Part shown: positions 11,941-25,855 of the stretch, one piece after another
Numbering within the stretch: the stretch's first letter is position 1
Layout: the number at the start of each line of letters is the position of its first letter
Assembly (NCBI GenBank): GCA_013265495.1
Contig: MU057651.1
Coordinates: 879,674-943,673 of the forward strand
Reading direction: 5' to 3'
DNA: 64,000 bases
Source: Vicugna vicugna
Lineage: Eukaryota
The notes under the pieces: model-generated
What the model was told of the DNA's origin: nothing
Database searches by the model: none
The model's input: the letters and a program-made list of their open reading frames with translations, nothing else
Translations under genes and position numbers: made by a program

Positions 11941-13633
11941 CTTAAAATAACGTGTTTAAATTACTGTAGTTTTAAAAGGTACAGTAACAATGAAATTAAC
12001 CTGCAGTATGTCTCACCCAGAAGAATATGTGTTTTTAAATCAGTATCAGCATATTTCTACCTTTTCGTCTACTTTTTTGGTAACTCCCACATTGGGGGAT
12101 GAGGTGAATAAAAAATGGTATCCCCAAATAATTTTCAGTCTTTCTCCTTTAAAACACCTGTCACAGATGCCAGCAAATGCTTCTTGGAGCTATAAGCACA
12201 TGGCATCAGTCTGAAGAATAAGCTTTGTATTGACATTGGAAGTGAAATTAAAGGAGTAGAGATCAGCAGCTGGCTACCCACTGTCTAAAGAAAATAAACA
12301 GTGACTACCACTCACTCCCTTCCTCAAACAAGCTGCGCGATCTTTTTCCTAAATTAAAGTTCATAAGCCATAGACTGAAGGAAAGAAGATCTTCAGAGCA
12401 AACCCCATCTTTAAATAATTTTGTCAACCATATAAACCACCTTCCTCCTTCTTATAAACACACTTCACACCCAGAATCTCCAGTAAAATTCTTCCTTTCC
12501 AGCATTTTGCCTCTAAGTGGCACTTGTCAGTATCATGACGTACTTAATTGTGACAGAGAAAGAGAAATATGCTAAGAAATCTAGATTGGGTTGCGTTGGC
12601 ACTAATGATGGTGTAACTTTAGCAGAGTCAATGTTCTTTAGTAAATGGGAAGATAATCTACAACATGACTAAAGGATATTAATGGTAATGCTGAGCTAGG
12701 AACCACATTCTTTCTTAAATTTTCTCCACTCCACCTATCCTGACTTCTGAGCAAAACTGTCAAGAGAAAGAGGAGGAGAAAATAGTCTAAGTGATATACT
12801 GTATTTACTATAAAGGCTATGTTCCTACAAAGCAAATTCTTTGAGATGCTCTTTCAGTACCCAGGCTCAGCTGCAAGGAACCATCCCCACTTTCCTCTAC
12901 CCCTCACACTGTTCCTTCTGACCAAGGAATGCCATACTTAGGGTTTGATTAGGTAAAAAGCCTTTGAGTTTGTACCTACATAATGTTTTTATATATTAAC
13001 CAATGTTGTATTTTCCTTCCGGGAGTTTCCTGTTGTTCCATTACTGTTCTTCAATTCAGGCTGATCCCCTTAGTATCAGTATCTGTTGCCTCAGAGTAGG
13101 GACATCACAGCATAAATAATGGGAGAAAGAAAAGAGTCAATTGTTGGCTCTTAAAATTCACACAGAAACAAACCAAATGCCCATCCAATGTGAACTTAGT
13201 TGAGTAAGCTGTGATATCTTCACCTGATGGAACATGTACTGCCATCAAAATAAATGATCTAGAGTGATGCACAACAATGTTGATGAAGTTAGCAATATGA
13301 TATACTATGTGAAAAAAATGAAGTCCAAAAAGATTTTTCATAAGACATGATACCCCTTTAATAGAATTAAAAACCATGATTTTAAAAATTAAGTACTTTC
13401 TGTAAGACATGAAAATGTATTAAAATTACATCAAAAAAGAAAGCAAAAGCATGATAAGCATGGGATTCAGGATAATGGTTACATCAGGGACGGCTGGCAG
13501 GGGAAGCAGGGCTATGATGGGGCTAGGACACACGGTGAGATGTAGGTAAGCTATTATTAAGGTTTTAAATTTCTAGATTTTGTTTTGAGTAGGGGTGTTT
13601 TGGGTGTGTTACAATTATTAAAAATAAATAACT

Positions 13634-13773
13634 ATAGCACAGGGAACTAGATTCAATATCTTATAGTGACCTATAATGAAAAGGAATATATGTATGTATA
13701 TGTAAGACTGAAACATTATGCTGTATACCGGAAATTGATACAACATTGTAAACTGACCATACTTCAATAAAAA
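13634..13773 (+). mobile_element. Short L1 3'UTR fragment in the tail of an older L1ME-like remnant (~13160-13620)
   Basis: tatagcacagggaactagattcaatatc...acttcaataaaaaaaa; flanked by aaataact at 13626-13633 and 13774-13781. Confidence 0.8.
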
Positions 13774-13899
13774 AAATAACTCAAGTCAAAGAGGGCCATA
13801 TGTGGAACAATGATGAGGTGTCTCTTGAAGCAAAGATAATGATGAATCCATTTTAATATTAAATAGCAACAAATAAACTCATAGCAGAGAGAATCATTT

Positions 13900-14510
13900 G
13901 AGAACAACAGGTTTTGAGTTTCTTAATCCCTTAGCCTGAAACTCTGGGCATAAACAGAGAATGTGAAGAAAAGACTTTTCTGTACTCCCATATTGATATA
14001 AATGGGAGTATAAAGATCTTCCAAACGGGGGAGTCAGTGAGGCAGCAAGGCAGCTGGTAGCGAGCCCTGAGTGGGGGCCCTGCATCTGGTGTCTGACACT
14101 TCACTGGGAGGCATCCTGGAGGCAGGAGGAACCGTGGACTTTCCAACCAGTTTGTGGAACCCAAGAGGAGACTGGTCCTGTGGGCCAGTCCAGATTATGT
14201 GGACTTGGAAGAAATGTCTACAGATGGGACTGAGGCAGCCGCACTGAATTTCTTGCAGCTCCAAAGAGACAAAGGAGGAAGTCTTGTATAACCCCATTCT
14301 GGGCAAACTTTGGAAACTCCTCAAGCCTTAGATACAACTCAGGAGAAAGGGGAGGAGCCGGAAATGACTGAAAGGACCAAAAGTGACTAAGATTGACAGT
14401 CTACTACCAGCCTGAAGGAAGACAATATAGAAATTAGGCTTAGTTATGGAAGATTTAAGAAAATTACATTTCTTACACAGCTGAGCTTGTGGCTAAGAAA
14501 CCCCAGTATA
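13900..14510 (+). mobile_element. Ancient LTR, MamGypLTR-like
   Basis: Start cccttagcctgaaactctggg and end ttacatttcttacacagctgagcttgtggctaaga resemble recalled mammalian Gypsy LTR consensus ends. Confidence 0.45.
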
Positions 14511-14890
14511 TCTAAGCTGTCCAGTCCATCCCTTGGCTATTTGGGAATATGATATATGGAGACAAAGCATACGGATTAGCCCAACCTTTGCAACATAGCT
14601 GGCTATGTAACTTACAGCAAATCACTGGGCCTCATCTCATTCATATAAAATAAGGGTGACGGCTAGAACCTAGGTCAAGCTCTGACCCTGCCAGTAACTT
14701 ATCGTGGGACTTTGAACACGTCTCTTTCTTTCTCTGGGTCTCCAGTTCCTCATCTGCAATGCAAGGGAGAGAGATGAAATCTATATGTTCCTTTTAGCTC
14801 CAGCTCACCATAATTTAACTTTTGTATGGGCTTCTTTGGACTTTGAATGCACTAGATACAGATAATATCCCCTGGTTTCACTAACTTTTA

Positions 14891-15651
14891 TTTATTTATT
14901 TGGTGATTTTATTTATTTATTTATTTATTTATTTAGGTATAGTAAGTTTACAATGTGTCAATTTCTGGTGTCAGCATAATTCTTCACTCATACATGAATA
15001 TATATATATATACTAATTTTCATATTTTTTTCACTATAAGCTACTATAAGATATCAAATATATTTCCCTGTGCTTTACAGTATAAATTTGTTTATCTATT
15101 TTATATACCAGTCAGTATCTGCAAATATTGAACTCCCAGTTCATCCCTTCCCACATCCTCCCCTCTGGCAACCACAAGTCTTATTCTATGTCTGTGAGTC
15201 TGTTTCTGTTTCATATATAAGTTCATTTGTCTATTTTTTTTAGATTCCACATATGAGTGATGTCATATGGTATTTTTCTTTCTCCTTCTGGCTTACTTCA
15301 CTTAGAATGACATTCTCCAGGGACATCCATGTTGCTGCAAATGGCATTATTTTATTATTTTTTATGGCTGAGTAGTTATTCCATTGTATAAATATACCAC
15401 AACTTCTTTATCCAGTAATCTGTTGATGGGCATTTAGGTTGTTTCCATGTCTTGGCTATTGTAAATAGTGTTGCTATGAGCATTGGGGTGCAGGTGTCTT
15501 TTTGAATTAGGGTTCCTTCTAGATATATGTCCAGGAGCGGGATTGCTGGGTCGTATGGTAAGTCTATTTTCAGTCTTTTGCGGAATCTCCATATTGTTTT
15601 CCACAATGGCTGCACCAAACTGCATTCCCACCAATAGTGAGGAGGGTTCCC
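14891..15651 (-). mobile_element. 5'-truncated young L1 (ORF2 C-terminus and 3'UTR) with 15-bp TSD
   Basis: ORF 15376-15657 [17 protein letters not shown]...[13 protein letters not shown]...; (TTTA)n tail; TSD tttcactaactttta at 14876-14890 and 15652-15666. Confidence 0.92.
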
Positions 15652-16209
15652 TTTCACTAACTTTTAATATGAAGGTAATTTTTATTTTCTTTTAAGAAGT
15701 AGACAGCCAAACTGAGTCTGTAGAGGGTCTTTATCCAGATCTATAGCCTGTCACTCAGATGACCAGAAACAGCTGAGATGTTCATATTTAACCATGAATA
15801 AGCAGCAGGATTCCTCTGCAGAGCTAAATACAGTCAATTTTTGTTATTTTTCTAAATATTATTGGCTTGGCTGTCTCTGCTTGAGAATGGTTTCGTGGGT
15901 CATGAATATAATCAGACAGCTCTCTTCTTCTAATCCAACCTCTAAAGAGAGAAGGTGGGTCTATTTGTTTTTTCAGGAGTCAGTGTATAATTTTTTACTC
16001 CCTGCCTATTCTATTTATTTGCCTGTGAAACACCATGAAAATGGGGAGGTGGTGAGTGAGGAATCTGGGGATGGGGGCACCAGGGGCTTCACTATCAGAG
16101 AGTGTGGGGAAAAGGAAAATAGAGGCAGCGGTGCATACCAAGACATGTGTAGACACATAGCCTACAGACCTGAACACAGGGCACCATGGGGGATTGTGGG
16201 ATGGGTGGG

Positions 16210-16690
16210 ATAGTGAGGGGGTAAGAGCATGGGTCTTAGATTTAGGCAGCCATGAGTTTGAGTCCTGGTTGCACTCCTCAGTACTTGTGTGACTGTCCGA
16301 ATCTGTGAAAGATGGGATGACTACCTACTTGATAGGGTTACTCTGAGGCCATTTAGAATATATGTAAATGAATTCATGTAATTCATTCAGAATACACCTT
16401 GAATACATTCAAAAGAATACATGTAAAAATACTTAGCATCATGCCCAGCACTTAATGAGTACCTAATAAATGATAGGTAGTATTCTGATTATTAATAATA
16501 ATTACAATTCTACAGAATCACAAAGCTAGAAGGAACCCCTGAGATCACTTAACTCAGTTCGTTAATTGTGTAGATGAAGAAGCCAAGACCCAGAGAGATG
16601 AAGGGATTTGTCTGAGGGCACACAGCTAATGACAACACCCGGACTAGTTCTGGTCTCCTGAAGTGGGTCCCTAAGACCTTTTACCCCATG
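16210..16690. mobile_element. Two MIR SINEs in opposite orientations
   Basis: + copy ~16210-16500 (taagagcatgggtc...acttagcatcatgcccagcacttaa); - copy ~16510-16690 (gtagatgaagaagccaagacccagagag). Confidence 0.7.
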
Positions 16691-18984
16691 GCACATATAT
16701 ATTTTGGCAGAATTGTGATGAGGGTCGCTTTGGTCCTTTGTGTCCTTCCACCCATCCTTTTCCCATTCTGGGCTCAATCAAAAGCCCAGGTGATTCCTAT
16801 CTGGGGTAGATGTCAATCCCTCAGATTTTAAGGAGGATCACGGTCAAGGAGAATGGTAAGAGCAACTTCCTCAGCATCCGGAACTACCTCCTTCTGTGCA
16901 CACTTCCTGCATGCCCACTTCCTGCCAGCCCTTGTACTAGATGCCGTGTTTTCTACCCAGGGAGACTGTGACAATGCCAGTGCTCATGGCTTCAGGGCTG
17001 CTCCGAGGAATTAAACAGATTATTGTTGTTTTCCTCATGAAGATCCTGGGGTGCTTTTTTCAGTAAGTTTCTCCTCACCACCACCAGCAATGCAGGTATC
17101 ATTTTTGACGTACTTAGGATGATTTCCAAAATACTTAATTTCTGGACCAGCTTGGTCAATAACCAACTAGAAAAGATGTCAGAGGCCCATGGGTGCAGGA
17201 TACTGAAGGCCCTCTGCTGTACCAGCCATTAACCCTTTAGATATGGATCATGGGGAGAACTTAAGGGTCCCAGGGGAGGGGCAGGAGCAGTGGAGGCTGC
17301 AGGGGACACTTGGGGACAGCAACACTTTGCCCAGTGCCAAGGAAGAATTTCAGTGCTTTAACAATGGTACGGCTGCATCAGAGAGTACTGCTACAATTCT
17401 GCCTGGATATACGCAGGTTGGGCTTTAGGCCTGGGGCTGTCAAAGATAACCAGCCAGAGGTGGACAGGCACTCTAGAAGCTTACATGTCAGACAACTATA
17501 CCCATGCAAGGGTTCTAAGACAGCTGAGCAGAAGCGTGAACCCCCTACCTACAGCAACGTGTTGTTCCCAAAGTTGAGAAGTCTTCTTTCTGCCACTGCC
17601 TTAGCCATCAAGGATTTCGACTAGTAGATACCTCAGGGGACTTAAGACTTTGTACTTAGTACGTTTAGGCAAGGAGTCTTTTTTTTTCCACAATGGATTG
17701 GTCTGGTATTATTTTAAATCGGAACTGAAAAGAAAGGCACTGGTCTATGGGGGACACCAATATCTTTTTTGACGCCAATGATTTGCCATAGAGTCACTCT
17801 CCTTCTCCTTGTTTTACACAGTAAGGTGTTCCAAGAAACCGCGGTAGCACCAGCTCTCCACGATGACTCTCCAAATGCATATTTAGTCCACGTTGTTTTG
17901 AAAAAAGTCAAGCTCATCAAATGAGCGGCCTGAAGATGATAATTAAATTAAATGAAATTAATCCCAAGAACTACCATTATGGGATTGGCTGATTACATAG
18001 GTAGCTAAGACCCACTAACTACCATTTTCCCTGCTGGACTCAACGACATGTTGGTTATGGATGAATAAGTAGTAAGAGCAGCCCAGCCCTGTTCACAGAA
18101 GGAGCTCTTCTTTACGTGTCCTGTAAATCAAGGGGCAGGACAGAGTCCCCGCGTGTGCCCTGGCCTGATGGCCTCCCCCCTGAATGCTCCTTGCTGTGCT
18201 GTGCCACGATTAATCAGGCTTTCTAGGTTTTAGTTAATTTCAGGACCCCAATAAATTGGTTTGTACTGGCATTGGTCCAGCCCTGATAATTTCACAGCCG
18301 TGTGCTTGGGAACTGTGGCAAGTTTGCACAGGACTTAGCAAGCACAGAGCAGGGGGAGACGGCATAAAAGGAACTCTTGTTTGGCTTAAGTTCCATTAAT
18401 ATTGGGGAAAGCTGAACTCTAAGTGACAGAAAAGCATGGCTGAGCACGTGGACTTTGCAGCTGGGAGGGGATCTCTCTCTGTTTTTTCGACCCTCCCCCC
18501 AACCCAGGGTGGATTTGAAAACACTAAAATTAAATAAACCCAAACCTTAGTTTGACATTTCTCTTTGTCTGATTGTTCTCAAGTTTTTGTCTCTGATTTC
18601 ACAAGAGTCCCCTGAGGAATAAGCACTGGAGCCCATAATCTAGTAAAAGGTTCATTTGGGTTTAGGCTTTTTATTTTTAAAGATATGATTCTTGGAGGTT
18701 GGTTTTTTTTTTTTCGATTACAGGCAGCTTCTATGACTGAGAGGTTACCACGAAAATTTAAAGGCAGTGAGAGGAGGGCTGCCTCATGAGTATAGATATT
18801 TGGGGCCGCCTGTGTAAATTAGCTGCAGTACAGAATAAGCCCAACAGCCAAGTCTTACAGGATTTCAGAGGCTCGGCAATATCTCTGAGACTTGGGTTCT
18901 AGAATGCTCTATGGCCAGAGAAACACAGCTTGGAAGGGGCCAATAGGCTGGGTAACTGGGTACCTGGAAAATGATTTTATAATC

Positions 18985-19140
18985 AAAGACTGCTAGAGCT
19001 TGAAGGAAACTGAGAGATCATGGAATTTAACTCTAGCATTTTACAGATGGAGAAACTGAGGCCCACAAGGAGCAGGACGTAAAGATGTGATCCATCCAAG
19101 GCAGAGACAGGACTGGAGCCCAGAGTCTTAATTCTCACGT
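18985..19140 (-). mobile_element. MIR SINE
   Basis: cattttacagatggagaaactgaggccca. Confidence 0.75.
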
Positions 19141-20236
19141 CAAAGATCCACCCAAGCTCTGATGCTGCTTCTTTTGTGGCAAAAACATATTTTCTCTAAT
19201 ATGAAAAGGAGGGGAAAAAAGAATTGGACACTTGGTTATGGGGCCAATGTGAGAGTGGCTGTTTAGATTTTCAGATTTTCTTGGCAAAACTCCCTGGACG
19301 TGCAGATTCTTTGCTAGGTTTTAAAACCATCCAAACACAGGGAAAACTGGAGATGAGTGTTTGACTGTGTCTACATGATGCCTAAACAGACAGTTGATTC
19401 AGTCAAAAAATATTATTCATGTTGCTGGTTTGGCAACACCACCAGTTTGTGGACTGAATCTTTCACTTTTTAACTCTTTGAGAGGCAGTAAGAGTTAGAA
19501 AAAAGAAATGTCTCAGACTGGCTCTCAGTAAACCAGACTTCCAGACCCGATTGAACCACTTACCTACCCTCTGCCCCCTCCCTGGGCCTCAGTGCTCCCT
19601 GTGTAAGTTAATCAGATTCAGACTAAGTTGTCTCCAAGGTGCCATAGAGTTTTCACCTTCTGGAGTATGATTCTCTGCACACCTAGTCATTTTCCAGTAG
19701 GGGAGGTGAGAAGAGGATGTCCCTACTTGTGGTCTTTGCCATCTGCATTTGAGGCCAGCAGCCCCACAGTGCTAGTGTGAGAAGAGATTTCTGGATGTAA
19801 TTCACAGCCTATTTCTATTTCTCTCCCAACTTGGCTTCTAAATAGGCAGCTCACTGCTCTCCTTGGTCCCCTCCCTTAGTCTCCTTCTCATGAGAAGAAA
19901 AGGAGCCTATATTTGGTTGACAGGAAGGACTCAGCAGTACCATCAGGGGGCCTGTGTTTTGTCATCTGACCTCATCAAGCTAGTGCCAACCCTTCATCAG
20001 TCCACACCTCCCTCTCACATTACCCATGCCCCCAAACTGGATAATTGGCCCCTGGGATTTTTAAAAAGAGGTGGGGAACAAGGAAGTAGTGTTGACTTAA
20101 TGATGGGTTCCATGTCAGGTGTTGAATCTGACTTTTTCGGGTAGATTTCTGACTCTTAGCCTGTGAATAAGATCTCCTGGCTCCCGCCCCTACCATCCCA
20201 CTTACTTTACTGAAGCTTTTTTGAGTGGATTCAAGC

Positions 20237-20445
20237 CAGTGGTGTTCTGGAGCCAGCTCTCACCAGCCTGTGAGAGGCAGTTGTGTGCATCACTTACCAG
20301 CTCTGCATTAAGTGACAACACGTTGATAGTTTGAGATCAATCATGTTGGGGATATTTATATAACAGAAACTCGCAATTACTACAAATCAGGATTACTTTT
20401 CTTCCTAGAGAGCCATTTGTTAAATAGTTATCACTGTACACCATA
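20237..20445. mobile_element. MER63A-like hAT MITE
   Basis: Starts cagtggtgttctggagccagctc and ends gagagccatttgttaaatagttatcactgtacacca; 8-bp TSD attcaagc/attcaaac. Confidence 0.7.
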
Positions 20446-20820
20446 ATTCAAACTCAAATGCCTCTAGAGGCTAGAAAGGTAATCTGAATGAGTAAAGCAG
20501 GCCTGAAGGTAACAAGAGGGACACAATATGGAGTGGTGGGGGCTGTGGCAATTGGCGAGCACATATGCTATGTAAAAGCAGCAACCACTATTCTATTCTA
20601 GCCTATGTTACTATGCAGAGATGTCAGCCCAGTGTTGCCAGCAATTCTAATTTTTCAAGAGGAACTGGAAATCAAGGTTTTTGTGTGAAATCTCCTAATA
20701 ATAAACATTAAAGATTGTTTGGAACTAATTCAAAATTTGAAAAAAAAATCCCTGTTCAGTCCAAGCAAAACATGTGTGCAGGCTCTCCTCAGCCTTTGGG
20801 TCAGCAGTTTGCCATCTTTG
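20446..20820. mobile_element. MER102-like hAT-Charlie element
   Basis: tcaaactcaaatgcctctagaggc...cagcccagtgttgccag...tgtgaaatctcctaat. Confidence 0.6.
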
Positions 20821-22499
20821 CTCTCTAGATCCTCTGTTTCCTGCTCTTATTCCCTGGGTTATAACTCTGATGCTGAGTTGTCGGCCTTGTTTCTTAATGA
20901 GAAACAAACTTTCCTGCCTTGAGAACAGAAAAGAACAGGGAATTCAGATGTGAGAATATCCAGGTGGCTTCTTATGATTCTACCCTGTCTCGTGTCTTGT
21001 TTTCTAGTCCACGTGCCATGAAGCTGGAGAAGAGGCCCTTAGGCCCAAATCTGCATCTAACATTTGATGATGTCGTCCCGGCACCAGGACCATTCCCCAG
21101 TGCTTATGCACCTGTGTGTGAGGAGAGCGTGCCTTCCATTTTGGCATCAGTCTCTCGACTGCTCCACTCGAAGGCATGTTGGTACTCTACTCTCCAGCTC
21201 ACTCCCTGCCTAGAGGAAGAGGGTGGGAAATTCAGCTAATTATTGGTTTTCTCTTCCTGCTTTTATCTCTACTCTCTTCTAAAGACAGGCACACTGAAGC
21301 TTGATTAGCTAATAAAGGACTTAACTGAGTGTGGAATCTCTCTCACATTTGGCCTAAGGAATGGGGGCAGGGAGGGAAAGTGAGGATGAAAAGATCTATC
21401 AGGCACCTACTATATGTCAGGCATTATGCCAAGCCTTCCACAACAGCATTGTTAGCATCCTCTTTTTACATGGAAAGAAACAGACTCAGAAAAGTTACAT
21501 GACTTGTTGGGACTCAAACTCAGGGATGCTTGATTCTAAAACCTTGGTTCTTTTGAGGGCATCATGCTACCTCCCTGAGGAGAACTGGATGCTGTAGTTA
21601 AGACAATGAGACAGTCACTTCTGTTGGTTCTGCCGAAGAATAATAGTGGATAGCTCTGCTACCTAGCTTAGGAATAAAGGCAAATACTGTGGGATGTACA
21701 TGGTGGTTCTAAGGAGCTGCCTGTGGGTACCTTGAGGTCCTATAGTAAGCTATCTAAGCAAATGCAATTTAATAGCATTCTCTATAGCAATACAGCTTCT
21801 AGGAAGGCAGTTTTGATACCGCCATATTGCATTTTTCTATGCACAGTTTAACACTTGGACGTATTAGATCACCAGTTTGTTTTTATGATGTCCCTTGTTA
21901 ACAAGTTTCACATACCTTTATAAGACTGTTTGAAACGTAGTTAAACTACGTGAAAAATCCTCAATCAGAAATGAACGTATTTTATGCTCTGCCCAGTTGA
22001 CTCATTCAGGATAATTGTGGGCATGCTACAATTTTGAATCAAGGAACACACTTCCTCTCATCTTTTAGATATTTACTATAATCCTGCACACTATTATGCA
22101 TTTACCTTGATTTTTAAAATAAGTATGTTCCTGAAATTTTCTGTAAGCCAAATCTTGCTTTTTCATTGGCCTTTATGATAAATCTGGAGATGTGCTCCTT
22201 TGGAGAAGACAATCACTTAAAATGTTCCTACAAATATCTTAAAATCAGTTAAAAGGAAAGTCATTTCTATAAAATACTATTCAGACCTAACACAAAACAC
22301 AAATTAAAAATTACCTTGGGTTATTTTTGTTTGATAGAGTAACTGAAAGGCAAAAATGGAAAATGACAGCTCAACTGAAAAGAACATATTGAACCAAAAA
22401 ATGATGGCTTCTATGAATTCTATTTCCAAGATTCTAGAAGCTGCTCTCTCTGTTTACTTCTCTGGTTTTCATAAACTGTGAGGAAACAATTGTTTTTAC

Positions 22500-22895
22500 T
22501 GGTGTTATCAGTCAGGATTTGGCAGGTTATGCTGCAAAAAGAAACAACTTCCAAATCCCAGAAGCTTAACACACATAGTTTTGTTTATTAACACGTTAGG
22601 TTTCTGAAATGAGTTGGCTGGGGGCTTTGTTCATCTTAATCACTCAGAAATTCAGACTTCATTTCAATATAATCATTCATGATTCCTGTGGCAGTGGGAA
22701 GGGAATGGGGCAAATCCTGCACCAGCTCTTTGTTTCCACCCGGAAGTAACACATCACTTTTGCTAAGATTTCAATGGCCAAAGCAAATCAAATGGTCATG
22801 CTCTACCCCATAGCAGGAAGGTGGGTAAAGGTCTACCATGAACCTGAAAGGAAGAAAGATGGAAATATTAGATGAACCACACTAATGACAACCAA
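22500..22895. mobile_element. MaLR (MLT1K/L-like) solo LTR
   Basis: tcagtcaggatttggcaggttatgctgc...catcacttttgc...atggccaaagcaaatca...actaatgacaacca. Confidence 0.65.
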
Positions 22896-23304
22896 TTCTG
22901 TGTTTTAGCACTTTTTAGAGATGACTAGCAGGAAGAAAATACAACAAAGAGACAAAAACTCAGTAACAAGTAAGAATATATATACATGATAAAGGGGCTT
23001 ACATTAAAATACAGCTTAAGGGTCCTGAAAGGTCTGTAGAGTGAATTGTCAACTTCTAAATATTGAATCAAGTATTTGATTAATACAAACTCTAGGTTAG
23101 TCTGATTTTCTGTATAAAGAAGTAAACATCCACCATAAATATCCTTCATTAATCTTTATGTGTCCTGCTATTGTTTTGAAAGTTAATCAAATAATCTGGG
23201 TTTTCCAGTTTCAAATTAGATAAGAAGCATTTAAAAGGCTAAAATTTGTATCCTCAGAACATTGTTCAGTATTAATCATTCTGTAACACCTCTATTTTCA
23301 CATT

Positions 23305-23815
23305 CATTTCTGCCACTTTTGACAACACGGATGGACCTTGAGGACATTATGCTAAGTGAAATAAGTCAGAGAAAGACAAATACTGTCTGATCTCACTTAT
23401 ATGTAGAATCTTTAAAAAAAAATCAGGCTTGGAAACAGAAAGTAGAATGGTAGTTGCCAGGAGCTGGAGGATGATACGGAAGGAAATGGTTAAGATGTTG
23501 GTCAAAGGGTACCAACTTCCAGTTATAAGATAAATAAGTTTTGAAGATCTAATGCACAGGATGATGACAATAGTTAGCATATAGTTAAGTATATAATATA
23601 ATCATATTATATACTTAAAAATTACTAAGAGAGTAGATCTTAAATGTTCTCACCTCAAAGAAATGTAATTACATGAGGTGATGAATGTGTTAACTAACAT
23701 TATTGTGGTAATCATTTCATAATATATGCATATATCAAATCATCATGTTGTACATCTTAAACTCATACAATGTTTAATGTCAATTATATCTCAATAAAGC
23801 TGGAAAAGATTAATA
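23305..23815 (+). mobile_element. L1MA9-like 3' end
   Basis: acaacacggatggaccttgaggacattatgctaagtgaaataagtcaga...gtcaattatatctcaataaagctgg. Confidence 0.85.
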
Positions 23816-23839
23816 AAATGAATATGTGTTCTGCAACAC

Positions 23840-25855
23840 ATTATACACAAGATCAGCACACAACAATCAATTGCATTAATACATACCAAGAATGAACACT
23901 GGAAATTGAAATTTAAAAAAAATAACATTTACAATTGCTCCAAAGAAAATTAAATACTTAGGTATGAATCTAACAAAACATGTACAGGTTCTATATGCTG
24001 AAAACTAGAAAGCATTGATATATGAAATCAAAGAAGACCTACAGAAATGGAGAAACATATTCTGTTGAGGGATTGGAAGACTCGACACAATGGAGTTGTT
24101 AGCTCTTTCTAAATTGATCTATAGGTTTAATGCAATTCTTATCCAATTCCGAGAAGGGTTTTTTTCTTTTTGTAGACATAGATGATCTTATCTGAAAATT
24201 TATACAGAAAGGTACAGGACCCAGAATAGCTAAAACAATCTTTAAAAAGAATAGGGTGGGAGGACACTCTACTTGATATTAATCCTACCATATGCCTACA
24301 AAAGTAAGAACTGGGTGCTGTTGATGGAGGAATAGACACAGAGATCAATCAAACAAAATAGAGAAACCAGAAATAGACCCATACAATACCAACCATTGTT
24401 TGATCAAGGCGTTAAAGCAGTTCAATGGAGGAAAGATAGTTTTTTAAAAAAAATGATGCTGGGCAATTGGACATTCATAGTCAAACAAGTGAACCTTGAT
24501 CTAAATCTCACACCTATATAAAAATTAATTCAAATGGATCATCAATTAAAATGTAAAACTTAAAACTATGACATTATAAAACATAGGAGAAAACAGTTGG
24601 GCCTGGGACTAGGCAGAGCATTCTTAGACTTAATGTCAAAATGCAGTCTATAAAAGGAAAAACTGATAAATTGGACTGCATCAAAATTAAAAACTTTTGT
24701 TCTATAAAATCCTGTGAGAAGAGGATGAAAAGATAAACTACAATCTGGGAGAAAATATTTGCAAACTATGTGTGGAGCAAAGGACTAGTATCTAGAATAT
24801 ATAAAGAACTCTTAAAATTCAACTGTAAGAAAACAATCCAATTAGAAAATCTCAAAATTACATGGAGACATTTCACTAAAGAGGATATACAGATGTTAAA
24901 TAAACACATGAAAAGATGGTAGACATCATTAGATACTAGGGAAATGCAATTCAAAACCACAATGATATATCCCTATACCCCTATCAGAATGGCTAAAATA
25001 AAAAATAATGACAACAACAAATGCTGACAAGGATGTAGATAAACTGGATCTTTCATTCATTACTGGTGGGAATATAAATAGCACAGCTTCTCTGAAAAAG
25101 CATATGGCGGTCCTTACGAAACTAAACATGCACTTACCACACAATCCAGGAACTACACTGTTGGGCATTTGTCCCAGAGAAATGAAAACTTAGGCTCATG
25201 CAAAATCTGTAGACAACTGTTCATAGCCCCTTTATTTGTAACTGCCAAAATCTGGAATCAACCCAGATATCCTGCAATAGATGAATGGTTAATTTCTAAG
25301 CTGTGATACATCCATACCATGGAATACTACTCAGCAATAAAAGGAACAAACTCTTGATACTGGAATAGCTTGAATGGATTGCCAAAGAATTATGTTGAGT
25401 GAAAAAATCCACTTTCAGAAGTTTACATACTGTATGATTTCATGTAATACTCTTAAATGACAAAATTATAGAGATGGAGAAGAGTTTAGTGGTTGCCAGG
25501 GAGTAGGAAGAAGAGGAGGGAAGATAAGTGTGATCATAAAAGAGTAATACTGGAGATTCTTGTGGTGTTGGCACTGTTTAGTATCTTGATGGGTGGTAGT
25601 GATCACATCAACCTACACATGTCATAAAATGTCATAGAGCTATATACACAGGCAGATGGCTGCATATAAAACTGGTGAAATTGGAATAAGGTGGATGGAT
25701 TGTATTGATCTCAATTTCCTGTTTGTGATATTGTACTATAGTTATGCATGATGTTATCATTGGGGGTGAAGGGTATTTAAGATTCCTTTGAATTTATTTC
25801 TTACAATTGCATGTAAATCTATGATTATCTTCAAATAAAACATTTTTTAAAAAAT
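23840..25855 (+). mobile_element. Old L1MC/MD ORF2 3' half and 3'UTR
   Basis: aaatacttaggtatgaatctaacaaaacatgtaca...ggaatactactcagcaataaaagg...tttcttacaattgcatgtaaatctatgattatc. Confidence 0.85.

Noticed and set aside
16980..17930. Non-repeat stretch with several short ORFs, considered as a processed pseudogene
   Set aside because: No recognisable protein, poly(A) or TSD
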